Virus record (IMG/VR): IMGVR_UViG_3300020385_000006
Location: 1-64,000 of that record
DNA length: 64,000 nucleotides
Source: an uncultured virus (IMG/VR IMGVR_UViG_3300020385_000006)
Lineage: Duplodnaviria; Heunggongvirae; Uroviricota; Caudoviricetes
Reading direction: 5' to 3' (one strand)
The notes beneath the pieces were generated by a model. That model searched no databases. It was given only the letters and a program-made list of their open reading frames with translations, and was not told the origin of the DNA. Below are positions 38,983 through 49,711 of this stretch, one piece after another (position 1 is the stretch's first letter; each line of letters opens with the position of its first letter). A program made the translations under genes and the position numbers.

Positions 38983-40301
38983 GCTTCTACCTTTTTAAGT
39001 TTTGGTAAATTTATTTTTGGTGACCCTACCTTTTTAAGTTTTGGTAAATTTAAAGACATTTGTTGAGGTACTGTCTGTAATCCGGTATCTACAATCTCGC
39101 AAAATTTTTCTGACATTAAATCTAGATTAAAATTAGTTTTTACATGATGAGATTGTTTTCTAGCTTTAGTTAAATATTGCTTGTAATCAGATACACAGTC
39201 TTGTAATACACGAACTGCATAACCATAATCAACAGTAAACCACGTCGAATCTTTCAATATAAAATTATCTATAACAGAATTATGTACTGGAGTTTGTTCA
39301 CCTGGTAATAATGTACAATAATCTTTATGTAAAAAATCTAAATGACCTGACCAATTACTAGCAATAATTGGCTTACCAGTAATACCAAATTCTAATAAAG
39401 GTCGACCAAATCCTTCACCTTTAGTAAATGAAATCATTGCATTAATCTTTGGATGATTGTATAATGAATTCATTTCTTCATCGGTTAAGTCTCCATGCAG
39501 TAAATAAATGTTTGGAGCTTTATTACCATATGGCTCCATAATCTGCTGAACTTTTTTCATTATCTCATCACGATCAATAATTGAAAATGTTGCATGCGAT
39601 GTTTTTAAAATTAATGCTGGTCTATTTTTAGGCATTTTATTTTTAAATGACTCACAGAACGTTTTGATCATCATTCCAACATCTTTTCGATCCTGCCCCA
39701 TAGCACCTTTTAACCAATGCCCGGTATATAAAAAACAAAAGTCATCTTTAATATCCTTTAATTCGGATAACACTGTATCATGAATTTTAGTTGTTTTCTT
39801 GTATACGTTTAAATCTAATCCTTCAAATAAAACTTGAATAGGCTTATTTAATCGTAATTCACCAGTTTTTTGCTTTGTTTTTTCATCAATTGCATCATAT
39901 ACAGTGTTTACAAATCCATCTTTAGAATGTTCAGATGTTACAATATTCATATCCATACGGTTACATCCTTCAATCCATTCATGTGCTACTCTGTTTGTTT
40001 CTATACCAGCTGTTATGCCTATGTTATATTTTCCAAGAGCTTGAAATTCATTTGGTACAGAAATTTGTATAAATACATCTGGCTTCCTATTAATATTTTG
40101 TGTTGCAATTCTATCAATTATTGCTTTATGATTAGGATCTTCTACAAGTAATGCATTAGTGGGACATGATCCCCATGGCAATGATACAATTTGAATATCA
40201 TATTTATTTGCTTTAATTAAAGCTGTTACTAAATCTCTTGTATGGTTTCCATAACCTGACCGAGTTGAAACTGGTCCTTGTACTACTATAAATGGTTTCA
40301 T
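38979..40301 (-). CDS. glycosyltransferase family 4 (start revised to MKPFIV)
   Basis: SGYG, TKGEGFGRPLLE, SNWSGHLDF; TAATG coupling. Confidence 0.85.
   Translation of the reverse strand: MKPFIVVQGPVSTRSGYGNHTRDLVTALIKANKYDIQIVSLPWGSCPTNALLVEDPNHKAIIDRIATQNINRKPDVFIQISVPNEFQALGKYNIGITAGIETNRVAHEWIEGCNRMDMNIVTSEHSKDGFVNTVYDAIDEKTKQKTGELRLNKPIQVLFEGLDLNVYKKTTKIHDTVLSELKDIKDDFCFLYTGHWLKGAMGQDRKDVGMMIKTFCESFKNKMPKNRPALILKTSHATFSIIDRDEIMKKVQQIMEPYGNKAPNIYLLHGDLTDEEMNSLYNHPKINAMISFTKGEGFGRPLLEFGITGKPIIASNWSGHLDFLHKDYCTLLPGEQTPVHNSVIDNFILKDSTWFTVDYGYAVRVLQDCVSDYKQYLTKARKQSHHVKTNFNLDLMSEKFCEIVDTGLQTVPQQMSLNLPKLKKVGSPKINLPKLKKVEA
38987..39052. repeat. near-tandem 26-bp duplication encoding NLPKLKKV twice
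   Basis: ctacctttttaagttttggtaaattt occurs at about 38987 and 39026. Confidence 0.8.
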
Positions 40302-41758
40302 TATACTACAACTCCTGGATTTTCTATTTTCTTTTCTTGTTCTATTTTGTACATGGTAAATCGCTTTCTTGGCGTCCATTTTTCTAAACATGTATTAATA
40401 CAATTGGCCATTAATTTACTCATACCAGTCGCTGACATGTTTGATTCATCTCCGCAAACCCAATCATGACCTACTCGACCATTAGACTCACGGTCTGCTT
40501 TTTCCATATCATACCAATAATACATTGCATCTGCAACATCGCGGAAATCAACTCTATCATCAAATATATAAGGAGTCATAGGCGATCCTTGTAATGACCG
40601 ATTAGTCGGGAATACTGGCTTTACCCACTCAGCATGCACTTTATATGTTCCGTCATGATTAGAAGGAAAATGAGTATCAAATTCAATCCAATCACCTGTT
40701 GCATTTTCAAATCTACAACCATCTTGCAATCCACCGGTTACATTATTAATAATCGGAGTGCCGGCATGTAATGATTCACACCAAGATATCCCAAAACCTT
40801 CATTGGATGCAATATTAACAGTTACATCGGCCATGTTATAATAATAATTTAAGACACGAGTATCCACTGCCTTATCGCTAAAGATTATTTTATAGTCTGG
40901 GCATAATGCTTTCTTAACTGCAAATAAATCAGTACCATTATCATCTCTTATCTGAGTATGCATGAACAATGCACATTTACTAGACTTTTCTTTTGGTAAT
41001 TTATCACAAAATTCTTTATAAGCGATAATTAAATCACCTGGCTGTTTTCTTCTAATATTTCTATTGTTCCAGAAAAATATAAAATCAACATCATTAGTCT
41101 TTTTAAATTCATTTGAAAATTTTTCAAATTCATTATATTCTTTATGTAATGATGTAATTGGAAAAAATTTGTTAACATTTACTCCATGTGGTACCCATTG
41201 TACAGCCCAGTCTGGTTTTGGGAATTTTTGTAATACATTTTTTACAATATTATTTGTTTGTCTGGAAATGTTCATTAACAGATCACATGATTCATAAAAA
41301 GGTTCATTCCAATGTGGATATGGAAGATCATCCCAAATATTGTAATACATGATTGGAACATGTTGCCGAATTTGATGTTCTATTTGATATAACCAGCCCC
41401 AAAACCTAGGATCGGTAAAATGTAGAATAGCATCAGGCTTCTCTATGTTCATTATCTGTTGCAATATATTTGCATTACCATAACCATCACATGGATATAT
41501 TTTTAAGTACGCATCATCAACGCCAATTTCTTTACGAACGTCATTAGATAAATCTAAAACTTTACCAGATTCTGGATGTTTAATTGCCGCGCCAAGTTGA
41601 CACCAATCATATTGGTCTAATGTGCCCATTACAAATTCACGAGACATTGTACCAATTCCGGAATGCATTCGTAAATCATCTGATAATAATAATATTTTTT
41701 TCTTTTTTTGTTTGTTAGGATCTATCTTCCTAAGCTTAGGTAACTTTATTGGTTCCAT
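40301..41758 (-). CDS. glycosyltransferase family 4
   Basis: SGIG, PHGV, NRNIRRKQ, SNEGFGISWCES, TGGLQD. Confidence 0.85.
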   Translation of the reverse strand: MEPIKLPKLRKIDPNKQKKKKILLLSDDLRMHSGIGTMSREFVMGTLDQYDWCQLGAAIKHPESGKVLDLSNDVRKEIGVDDAYLKIYPCDGYGNANILQQIMNIEKPDAILHFTDPRFWGWLYQIEHQIRQHVPIMYYNIWDDLPYPHWNEPFYESCDLLMNISRQTNNIVKNVLQKFPKPDWAVQWVPHGVNVNKFFPITSLHKEYNEFEKFSNEFKKTNDVDFIFFWNNRNIRRKQPGDLIIAYKEFCDKLPKEKSSKCALFMHTQIRDDNGTDLFAVKKALCPDYKIIFSDKAVDTRVLNYYYNMADVTVNIASNEGFGISWCESLHAGTPIINNVTGGLQDGCRFENATGDWIEFDTHFPSNHDGTYKVHAEWVKPVFPTNRSLQGSPMTPYIFDDRVDFRDVADAMYYWYDMEKADRESNGRVGHDWVCGDESNMSATGMSKLMANCINTCLEKWTPRKRFTMYKIEQEKKIENPGVVV

Positions 41759-41780
41759 TAAATTCTCCGAATAACTTTAT

Positions 41781-41789
41781 TATAAATAT
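41781..41789 (-). promoter_or_regulatory. ATATTTATA putative late/middle promoter heading the glycosylation island
   Basis: Motif lies 22 nt upstream of the 41758 start. Confidence 0.5.
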
Positions 41790-41817
41790 ACAAAAAGCGT
41801 TCTTAACCACCTTTTTA

Positions 41818-42036
41818 TTATTGCTTTTTTAAGTTAATTATCCCATATACGTTTATTGCAATTATCACTAAACTTAATACTAAATGGCTAAAATTAGTAA
41901 TGTAGAAGTCATATGTAATCCAACCAATATCACCAACTATCCATGTTATCATAGCATAATGAAATTTACCTTTGGCATTAAGACCAAATCCTATTAACAC
42001 TAACGCTGTACTTATCCAACCTAAAATTTCTATCAT
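41818..42036 (-). CDS. 3-TM small membrane protein (PnuC/SemiSWEET-like size)
   Basis: ILGWIST, WIVGDIGW; three helices. Confidence 0.6.
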   Translation of the reverse strand: MIEILGWISTALVLIGFGLNAKGKFHYAMITWIVGDIGWITYDFYITNFSHLVLSLVIIAINVYGIINLKKQ

Positions 42037-42434
42037 ACAATAATTGTTACTGGTTTATTTAATTTTTTAGCTTTTTTAATTGCACTCATCGATCCATTAG
42101 ATGATTCTTGTTCACTAATAAATGCTATCATGACATCACAATCTCGCGCAATCAACATGTTGCGATGATGAAATTGTGATACATGATATGGTTTACCGTA
42201 ATAATCATCTGACATAGCAGAGTATAAATTTTTAGTAGTATGTGCTGGATTAAATTCTTTATATCGAATTCCAAATTCTAATGCATACTTTCTTGCAAAT
42301 TTATCTGCTCCGTATTTAGCACCACCAGATATTATTATTAAATCTGAGCCAAACTTTTGTTTTAATTGAAATAAAGTATCCTTTATACGACGTATATTTG
42401 CATAATCTCTACTTCCAATTAACGCAACTTTCAT
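42033..42434 (-). CDS. SLOG/YspA-like (DUF2493) protein
   Basis: IGSRDY, ISGGAKYGAD, RNMLIA. Confidence 0.8.
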   Translation of the reverse strand: MKVALIGSRDYANIRRIKDTLFQLKQKFGSDLIIISGGAKYGADKFARKYALEFGIRYKEFNPAHTTKNLYSAMSDDYYGKPYHVSQFHHRNMLIARDCDVMIAFISEQESSNGSMSAIKKAKKLNKPVTIIV

Positions 42435-42688
42435 TATTTTTTAGGGGTAGGCTGCGGTACTTCTACTTCTGACGTTGCTGGAGTTGCTGGTTGCATCATA
42501 TTTTGCAACGTTGTTAAATAACCATCTGCATCGGATATTTGTTTTAACAACTTATCACATTCCGCTACAATATCTGGATGTTCACCAATACCAGCTGGGT
42601 TTGTTAAATAATTTTGTAAATTGGCAGCTGCTTCTAATTTACTAGCCATGTACTTTGCGTTTAACGCTTGAACAATTTGTTGTGTCAT
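42434..42688 (-). CDS. conserved phage hypothetical protein
   Basis: YLTNPAGIGEHPDIV motif. Confidence 0.7.
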   Translation of the reverse strand: MTQQIVQALNAKYMASKLEAAANLQNYLTNPAGIGEHPDIVAECDKLLKQISDADGYLTTLQNMMQPATPATSEVEVPQPTPKK

Positions 42689-42690
42689 TT

Positions 42691-43626
42691 TTAACCTTTT
42701 ATTCTATTTGACATTGGACATAGATCTTCACGATCTTTGAATTCGCAATATTTGCAATTCTTCTTATTTTTACCTGCCATTGCAGGATACTCTTTATTTA
42801 AATTATAATTGCCTTCACTATCAAAACTAGATTCTACAAAACCTTTTATAGAACGAGCTAATTTATTTCTAGTTGGTTTACCACTTGCTGGCATAAATTC
42901 TGTTATACGTTTTTGAGGAAACATTGCACCGTCAATCAATTTACGTTTAAGAATCATATACTTGATATCAATATTTTCTACATCATATCCATATTGTTCA
43001 GCAAAATATTTTTTATACAATACTAATTGAGATGTCTTTGTCTTATCAGCTTTCTGATATTTATTCCATCCCATTGTACTAGTTTTAAGATCGATGATAG
43101 TTATTTTACCATCTCGTTTATCGCGAATAACAATATCTAGATAACCTAACATCATTATGTTATCATTATCTTCATCAACTGGATGATAAATTTTAACTTC
43201 AATGCCTATCAATTCTTCATTCTTACGACTAAAATATGCTCCACGTTTTTTCTTGAACCAATCAATAATTGCGACGCCGTCGTCATAAAATTCGTTCATT
43301 TCAAATTTATCAGAAAAATGATCATCCATCTTTGAAACAGCTTCTTTATAAAGATCCACCATTTGTTGTTTCAACATACCGTTAAGATCTAATGCATCTG
43401 CTTCTTTTACCGACTTTTCATACATTACAGTTAAATAATGTTGTAATGTTTCATGCATAGCTGTACCAAATATGGTATGTATACTTTGACTAAATGTACG
43501 TAAACCTTTGGCATATGCCAATTCCCAATGCTTAGGACATGTTTCATACATAGCGTATTGTGAATATGATATTCTACGCTCTCCAGGTATCGGCTCTCTC
43601 GCTCCGTATTTTAAAAATTTATTCAT
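42691..43626 (-). CDS. PD-(D/E)XK nuclease (RecB/Cas4-like, Fe-S cysteines)
   Basis: ISYSQ-CP, GTAMH, GYLDI, IIDLKTS, QLVLY, CKYCEF-C; promoter at 43631-43662. Confidence 0.85.
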   Translation of the reverse strand: MNKFLKYGAREPIPGERRISYSQYAMYETCPKHWELAYAKGLRTFSQSIHTIFGTAMHETLQHYLTVMYEKSVKEADALDLNGMLKQQMVDLYKEAVSKMDDHFSDKFEMNEFYDDGVAIIDWFKKKRGAYFSRKNEELIGIEVKIYHPVDEDNDNIMMLGYLDIVIRDKRDGKITIIDLKTSTMGWNKYQKADKTKTSQLVLYKKYFAEQYGYDVENIDIKYMILKRKLIDGAMFPQKRITEFMPASGKPTRNKLARSIKGFVESSFDSEGNYNLNKEYPAMAGKNKKNCKYCEFKDREDLCPMSNRIKG

Positions 43627-43662
43627 ATACTAAATATAAGAAATATTTTTCAAAGTACCAAA

Positions 43663-44058
43663 TTATTTACCCCAAATCTTTTTGGAAACTATTTGTGCTA
43701 TCACTCCGTATATAGATAAATCTTGAAATGTATCTGTCTCGGCTTCTCCTACTTCGTCGCGATGTCCTAGCACAATTAACTGTTTCAGTCGTTGAACTTT
43801 ATCATTAACTCTAAACCATAACCCTGTCAATGATAATTTAACATCATCATTAGTTTCTAAATTTGTACCTACAGATATATTACCAGGTCCATAATTTTTT
43901 TGTTTTTTGCAAAATAATACATATTGCTCATTCTGTATACGTTTAAATTCTGTACACGTCTTTGGATATTGGAGTTCACAATACTTAACTGCATCGGGTG
44001 TTTCAATTTCAATCGATTCTTTAAAATCTACACGAGGTCTATCTTTAATTGTTTTCAT
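43663..44058 (-). CDS. nucleotide modification associated domain 1 (DUF1599, MazG-like)
   Basis: KQKNYG, RVNDKVQRL, DTFQDLSIYGVI. Confidence 0.75.
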   Translation of the reverse strand: MKTIKDRPRVDFKESIEIETPDAVKYCELQYPKTCTEFKRIQNEQYVLFCKKQKNYGPGNISVGTNLETNDDVKLSLTGLWFRVNDKVQRLKQLIVLGHRDEVGEAETDTFQDLSIYGVIAQIVSKKIWGK

Positions 44059-44501
44059 TTCAATAACTTTTTTATTTCTTTATCAGTATGACCATATGTT
44101 TTAAGTAACTTAATTAAGTTATCACGACCGGATACAGTAGGCAATAATATACCGATAAATTCTTCAGCATCTGTTTTACCACATTGCAGGCAATTTGCTA
44201 AAAATTTAACTAACTCAGGATTATATTTGTCCACTTTTTTTCCTTTTATGTATTTAGCAAACATACGTTGTTTAGGTAGTATGTCATGATATAATTGATA
44301 TACATGTTTCTTACTTAATGGACCTATTGTATATTGCTGAAACATATCTACAATTTCTATTAAGTCTGGATGCATGGATAGCCACCTATTAATTAAATAT
44401 GGAGAAAACGATTTACGATCTAATTCAGACAACGTACTCCATGGAGTTTTCTTATTAGTTATATTAGCTAAATGATCAAATATAGTAGCTGGTTTCTTCA
44501 T
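44055..44501 (-). CDS. clamp loader small subunit (T4 gp62-like)
   Basis: IFDHL, FSPYLINRWLSM, ILPKQRMFAKYIK. Confidence 0.7.
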   Translation of the reverse strand: MKKPATIFDHLANITNKKTPWSTLSELDRKSFSPYLINRWLSMHPDLIEIVDMFQQYTIGPLSKKHVYQLYHDILPKQRMFAKYIKGKKVDKYNPELVKFLANCLQCGKTDAEEFIGILLPTVSGRDNLIKLLKTYGHTDKEIKKLLK

Positions 44502-46148
<1,647 letters not shown>

Positions 46149-46185
46149 TTATTTAAATATAAGAAAAATATTTCATTGTACCAAA

Positions 46186-46425
46186 TTATTCTTCTTTATT
46201 GTTTGTAGATATTTTTGTGTATCGGATTCCTAATTCTTTTATCTCGTAATGAAATCCTTGATTGCTATTCATATTAAGTATGTTTACCATTTCCTCTGCC
46301 GATTCTAATCTATCAAATTCTAATGGATGGTCTTCATTATCCATCATTAAAACAGGGAGAGCTTTATTTGAATTACCATCAGGATTTCGATGATATTTAA
46401 TTAGTATGAATATCCGGTCTTTCAT
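46186..46425 (-). CDS. hypothetical protein
   Basis: ORF track 79 aa. Confidence 0.65.
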   Translation of the reverse strand: MKDRIFILIKYHRNPDGNSNKALPVLMMDNEDHPLEFDRLESAEEMVNILNMNSNQGFHYEIKELGIRYTKISTNNKEE

Positions 46426-47354
46426 TATTTTAACTCATTTAACATTTTTACAATTGTAGACATGACATGTAATTCCTTATCAACTGCAAATGAATCCTGG
46501 TATTGGGATTCTGCTAATATTAAAATAATACTTGCAATATGCCCAGTTGCATAATTGTCTATTTCATCAAACAAATATTTATGTAAAGCTGTAAAATCTT
46601 TGACTTTACTATCTGCAATTAATTTTCTAATGTCTTTAAATGCAGTCTTCTTATCACTTCCAGATTTTAAAATATCTAACAACTTGGTCATATAATTTGC
46701 TTGTATAACACTAGTTGCATCTATCTTTAATTCATTATCTATTACTTGTCTCTGACAGCTATTTAATACCCGTCTTATATCCGGATAGCCGGCGTTTATA
46801 ATAGTAACAAGGTCTTTGTTATCATATTTAACTTGTAATTCGTTAAGGATTTCAACTATACGTTTAGCGACTTCTTTTTTATTAGGCGGCGTTATACCAA
46901 AGACCTGACAACGTGATTGTATAGGGTCTATAATCTTTTCAACGTAATTACATGTTAAAATGAATCTTGTAGTCTTAGAAAATGTTTCCATTAAATTACG
47001 TAATGCAGCCTGACCATTAGGAGTCATGTAATCTGCTTCATCTAATATAACAATCTTCCATTTTTTAAATCCAATAGTACTAGCATAATTCTTTATCTTA
47101 GTACGTACTGTTTCCACATTGTTTTCATCTGATGCATTAATATACATGATATCAGCATCTAACCCATTTGCTATAATCTTTGCAAGAGTGGTCTTACCAG
47201 TTCCTGCCTGACCATAAAATAATAGATGTGGTACATCACCATTTTCCAAATATAACTTAACTTTATCTATGATATGTTCATTACCCACATATCCTTCTAA
47301 CGTACCAGGTCGAAACTTTTCAACCCATAATGTATTTTCTTGATTTCCAAACAT
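46425..47354 (-). CDS. clamp loader ATPase subunit (RFC small / T4 gp44)
   Basis: WVEKFRP, GQAGTGKT, INASD, DEAD, SRC. Confidence 0.92.
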   Translation of the reverse strand: MFGNQENTLWVEKFRPGTLEGYVGNEHIIDKVKLYLENGDVPHLLFYGQAGTGKTTLAKIIANGLDADIMYINASDENNVETVRTKIKNYASTIGFKKWKIVILDEADYMTPNGQAALRNLMETFSKTTRFILTCNYVEKIIDPIQSRCQVFGITPPNKKEVAKRIVEILNELQVKYDNKDLVTIINAGYPDIRRVLNSCQRQVIDNELKIDATSVIQANYMTKLLDILKSGSDKKTAFKDIRKLIADSKVKDFTALHKYLFDEIDNYATGHIASIILILAESQYQDSFAVDKELHVMSTIVKMLNELK

Positions 47355-47360
47355 ACTTAT

Positions 47361-47798
47361 TTAATTACCTGTTGAACCATAACCACCTTCTCCTCTAGAA
47401 CTATCAGCTAAATTATCAGCTTCTTCTAATTCTATATTTGGATATGGCATTATAACTAATTGACCGACTCTATCACCATCTTGATATCGTTTAACATTCG
47501 CGAAATAACTATCGCTATCAAATTTATACCTGAAAGTTATTTCTCCTCTATATCCAGAATCAACAACTCCTACACAATTTGCTAAACTCACATCTTTTTT
47601 TGATACGGATGATCTTGGAAATAATAATCCTACATGACCTTCCGGAACTTCAAATGCTAGACCGGTATGGTATTCTATAAAATTATGCTCTGTATTTATT
47701 TTATGAGCAATTGCAGTTATATCCATTCCAGCGTCTCCTGGTTTAGCATAACTAGGAGTAATTGCTGTATCAACTAATTTTTTAAATTTTACTTTCAT
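47361..47798 (-). CDS. dut: trimeric dUTPase
   Basis: AGMDI, PRSS, GVVDSGYRGE, RGEGGYGSTG. Confidence 0.95.
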   Translation of the reverse strand: MKVKFKKLVDTAITPSYAKPGDAGMDITAIAHKINTEHNFIEYHTGLAFEVPEGHVGLLFPRSSVSKKDVSLANCVGVVDSGYRGEITFRYKFDSDSYFANVKRYQDGDRVGQLVIMPYPNIELEEADNLADSSRGEGGYGSTGN

Positions 47799-47799
47799 G

Positions 47800-48516
47800 T
47801 TATGCAGCTTGTAATTGTACTAAATAATATGTAGATGAATATGCACTTCCTTTAAAGGTTACTCTGGCTAAACCTGCTTGAGATACTTCGATATAACCTT
47901 CTTCTGCATCTTTATTTGCAGATAAAATTTCTTTAAACAAATTAGCAGAAAAACATGTTGCACTTAACTCTTCAGATTTATCAGGTGTTACTGCCCATGT
48001 AATTCTATTGGTATTCAAAGTAGAATAATTTAAAATCATTTTAGTTCCTGCCTCTCCACTTTCAACTGCAAAGTTTTCGGTTTCTGGCAATGCATTTTTT
48101 GATTTGATAAATTTATCTGCAAAATCTTTAGTTAATTTAATTTTAACACCAAAATCAGGAAGACCTTTCATTTGAGGAACTTGTCTAATCACAGACATGT
48201 CTGCTAACATAAACGTTACCTTTGTTGATATATCTGATATGTTAATTGAAAATGCGGCATCGTCTGCTCTATTAACTTTGATATCAATTTTATCATCTAA
48301 AGCCGTTAACAGTTTTGTTAATTGAGATGTATTATATACACCCAATCTAACGTCTTCAATATCAAAATCTTGCATTGTAACTCTACCTACAACGTTTTGA
48401 TCATCTGTAATAAATTCACATGACAATACATCATCTTTAACATCTAAACCTACCGAATTAGCATTCCCTGCTAAATGATATTTTTCAATAAAATTAGTTA
48501 GTTTTCTCTTTTCCAT
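47800..48516 (-). CDS. DNA polymerase sliding clamp (T4 gp45/PCNA-like; start revised to MEKRKL)
   Basis: About 238 aa, two-domain pattern, GVYNTSQL, C-terminal STYYLV; adjacent to the clamp loader. Confidence 0.65.
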   Translation of the reverse strand: MEKRKLTNFIEKYHLAGNANSVGLDVKDDVLSCEFITDDQNVVGRVTMQDFDIEDVRLGVYNTSQLTKLLTALDDKIDIKVNRADDAAFSINISDISTKVTFMLADMSVIRQVPQMKGLPDFGVKIKLTKDFADKFIKSKNALPETENFAVESGEAGTKMILNYSTLNTNRITWAVTPDKSEELSATCFSANLFKEILSANKDAEEGYIEVSQAGLARVTFKGSAYSSTYYLVQLQAA

Positions 48517-48526
48517 TTGTTCTCTT

Positions 48527-49711
48527 TTATTCGAAGAATTGATTAAATACTTCATTATTTACTAAATCTCTTGTACTACCACCAAACCTATCATATAATT
48601 GTCTATTTTTATTATAGATATGAATAGCTTTATCTGGATCTTTAAACATTTCTTCCATACTCATTAATATTGAATAGAAATCTCTAGGGACCACTGTTTG
48701 TAACAATTCGTTATGACATTTCACAATTTCTTCTACTTGTTTAACAGTATCATTAAATACAAATAAATTGTTCAACGTCATCTTCATTGTAACATCACCT
48801 TTATAATTAGACACATCTCCAAAAGTAAATCCTTCTGATACTGGATGTCCTAATGGGTTAGGAACTAAATCATCTGCGTTATAAGGTAGATTTTCTCCTT
48901 TAGGAAAATATAAATCCGTAAAGGTCATTTTACTTAATTGAGGAGAATGAAGATAAGTTCCATATACAGGATATAAACCTGGTGATGATGAATCTGTTGA
49001 TATCTGTATACGACCTCCATGATATTTGTTTACCATTTTCTGGAAGAAACTTAACATAAAGAAATCGGATATCTTAGATATACCTAATACATGAATAAAT
49101 TGGTTACGAGCTTTTTCAAATTCTCTATTTTTAATCATAGGAACTAATGCAGACATAAACATTGTAACACGCTTTTGAGCACCACCAATACACCATCCAT
49201 TAAATTCAAAGTCTTTCATTTTCTGATACCATGCTTCATATTCTTCAACATTATTACCTTGAATAACATTTAAGAACTTACATTTACCAGTTTGGTTATC
49301 TGCAAAGTATTTGAAATTATCATAGCTAATATCCATACATTCGTAAAACTTTCCATCATACTTTGCACGTGGTGGAATATCTAAATTTACTCCTAAATCA
49401 CAATTGGCTTCTAACCAATCAAATATAGTTTTCTTGAATGATGGATCCCATTTAATGGCACCGGTAGCTAACTGGAATCCTCCAGAATCTCCTAATACTA
49501 ATACATCATCTTCTAATCCATATCTATCTCTAGCATCCATCCATTTGTAATGATGTCCTGCCGTAATTAGGAAATATGGGTGTCTCCATGGTTCTGGAAA
49601 CTCTTTATCATAAAATCTACATGTAAGTCCAGGCTTAACTTCTTTGTTCTTCTTGAAGTCTCCTGCACATCCTCCTGCAGATAATGATGGGTAATAAATT
49701 AAATCTTTCAT
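48527..49711 (-). CDS. dpdA: TGT-fold DNA 7-deazaguanine transglycosylase (DpdA-like)
   Basis: GDSGGFQ, LDIPP, NVIQG, GWCIGG, HVLG, STDSSSP; folE/queD/queE nearby. Confidence 0.8.
   Translation of the reverse strand: MKDLIYYPSLSAGGCAGDFKKNKEVKPGLTCRFYDKEFPEPWRHPYFLITAGHHYKWMDARDRYGLEDDVLVLGDSGGFQLATGAIKWDPSFKKTIFDWLEANCDLGVNLDIPPRAKYDGKFYECMDISYDNFKYFADNQTGKCKFLNVIQGNNVEEYEAWYQKMKDFEFNGWCIGGAQKRVTMFMSALVPMIKNREFEKARNQFIHVLGISKISDFFMLSFFQKMVNKYHGGRIQISTDSSSPGLYPVYGTYLHSPQLSKMTFTDLYFPKGENLPYNADDLVPNPLGHPVSEGFTFGDVSNYKGDVTMKMTLNNLFVFNDTVKQVEEIVKCHNELLQTVVPRDFYSILMSMEEMFKDPDKAIHIYNKNRQLYDRFGGSTRDLVNNEVFNQFFE

Noticed and set aside
23934..41758. Bacterial chromosomal LPS/capsule locus (window is cellular DNA)
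   Set aside because: No export or polymerase genes, flanked seamlessly by phage genes and carrying the same phage promoter motifs.
42691..43626. Cas4-like nuclease as a sign of CRISPR-Cas
   Set aside because: No repeat-spacer array or other cas genes seen; standalone PD-(D/E)XK nucleases are common in phage replication blocks.
48527..49711. tRNA-guanine transglycosylase for queuosine tRNA modification
   Set aside because: Lacks the CxCxxC zinc site of bacterial Tgt, no queA/queF is present, and it lies among replisome genes, so DNA-acting DpdA fits better.
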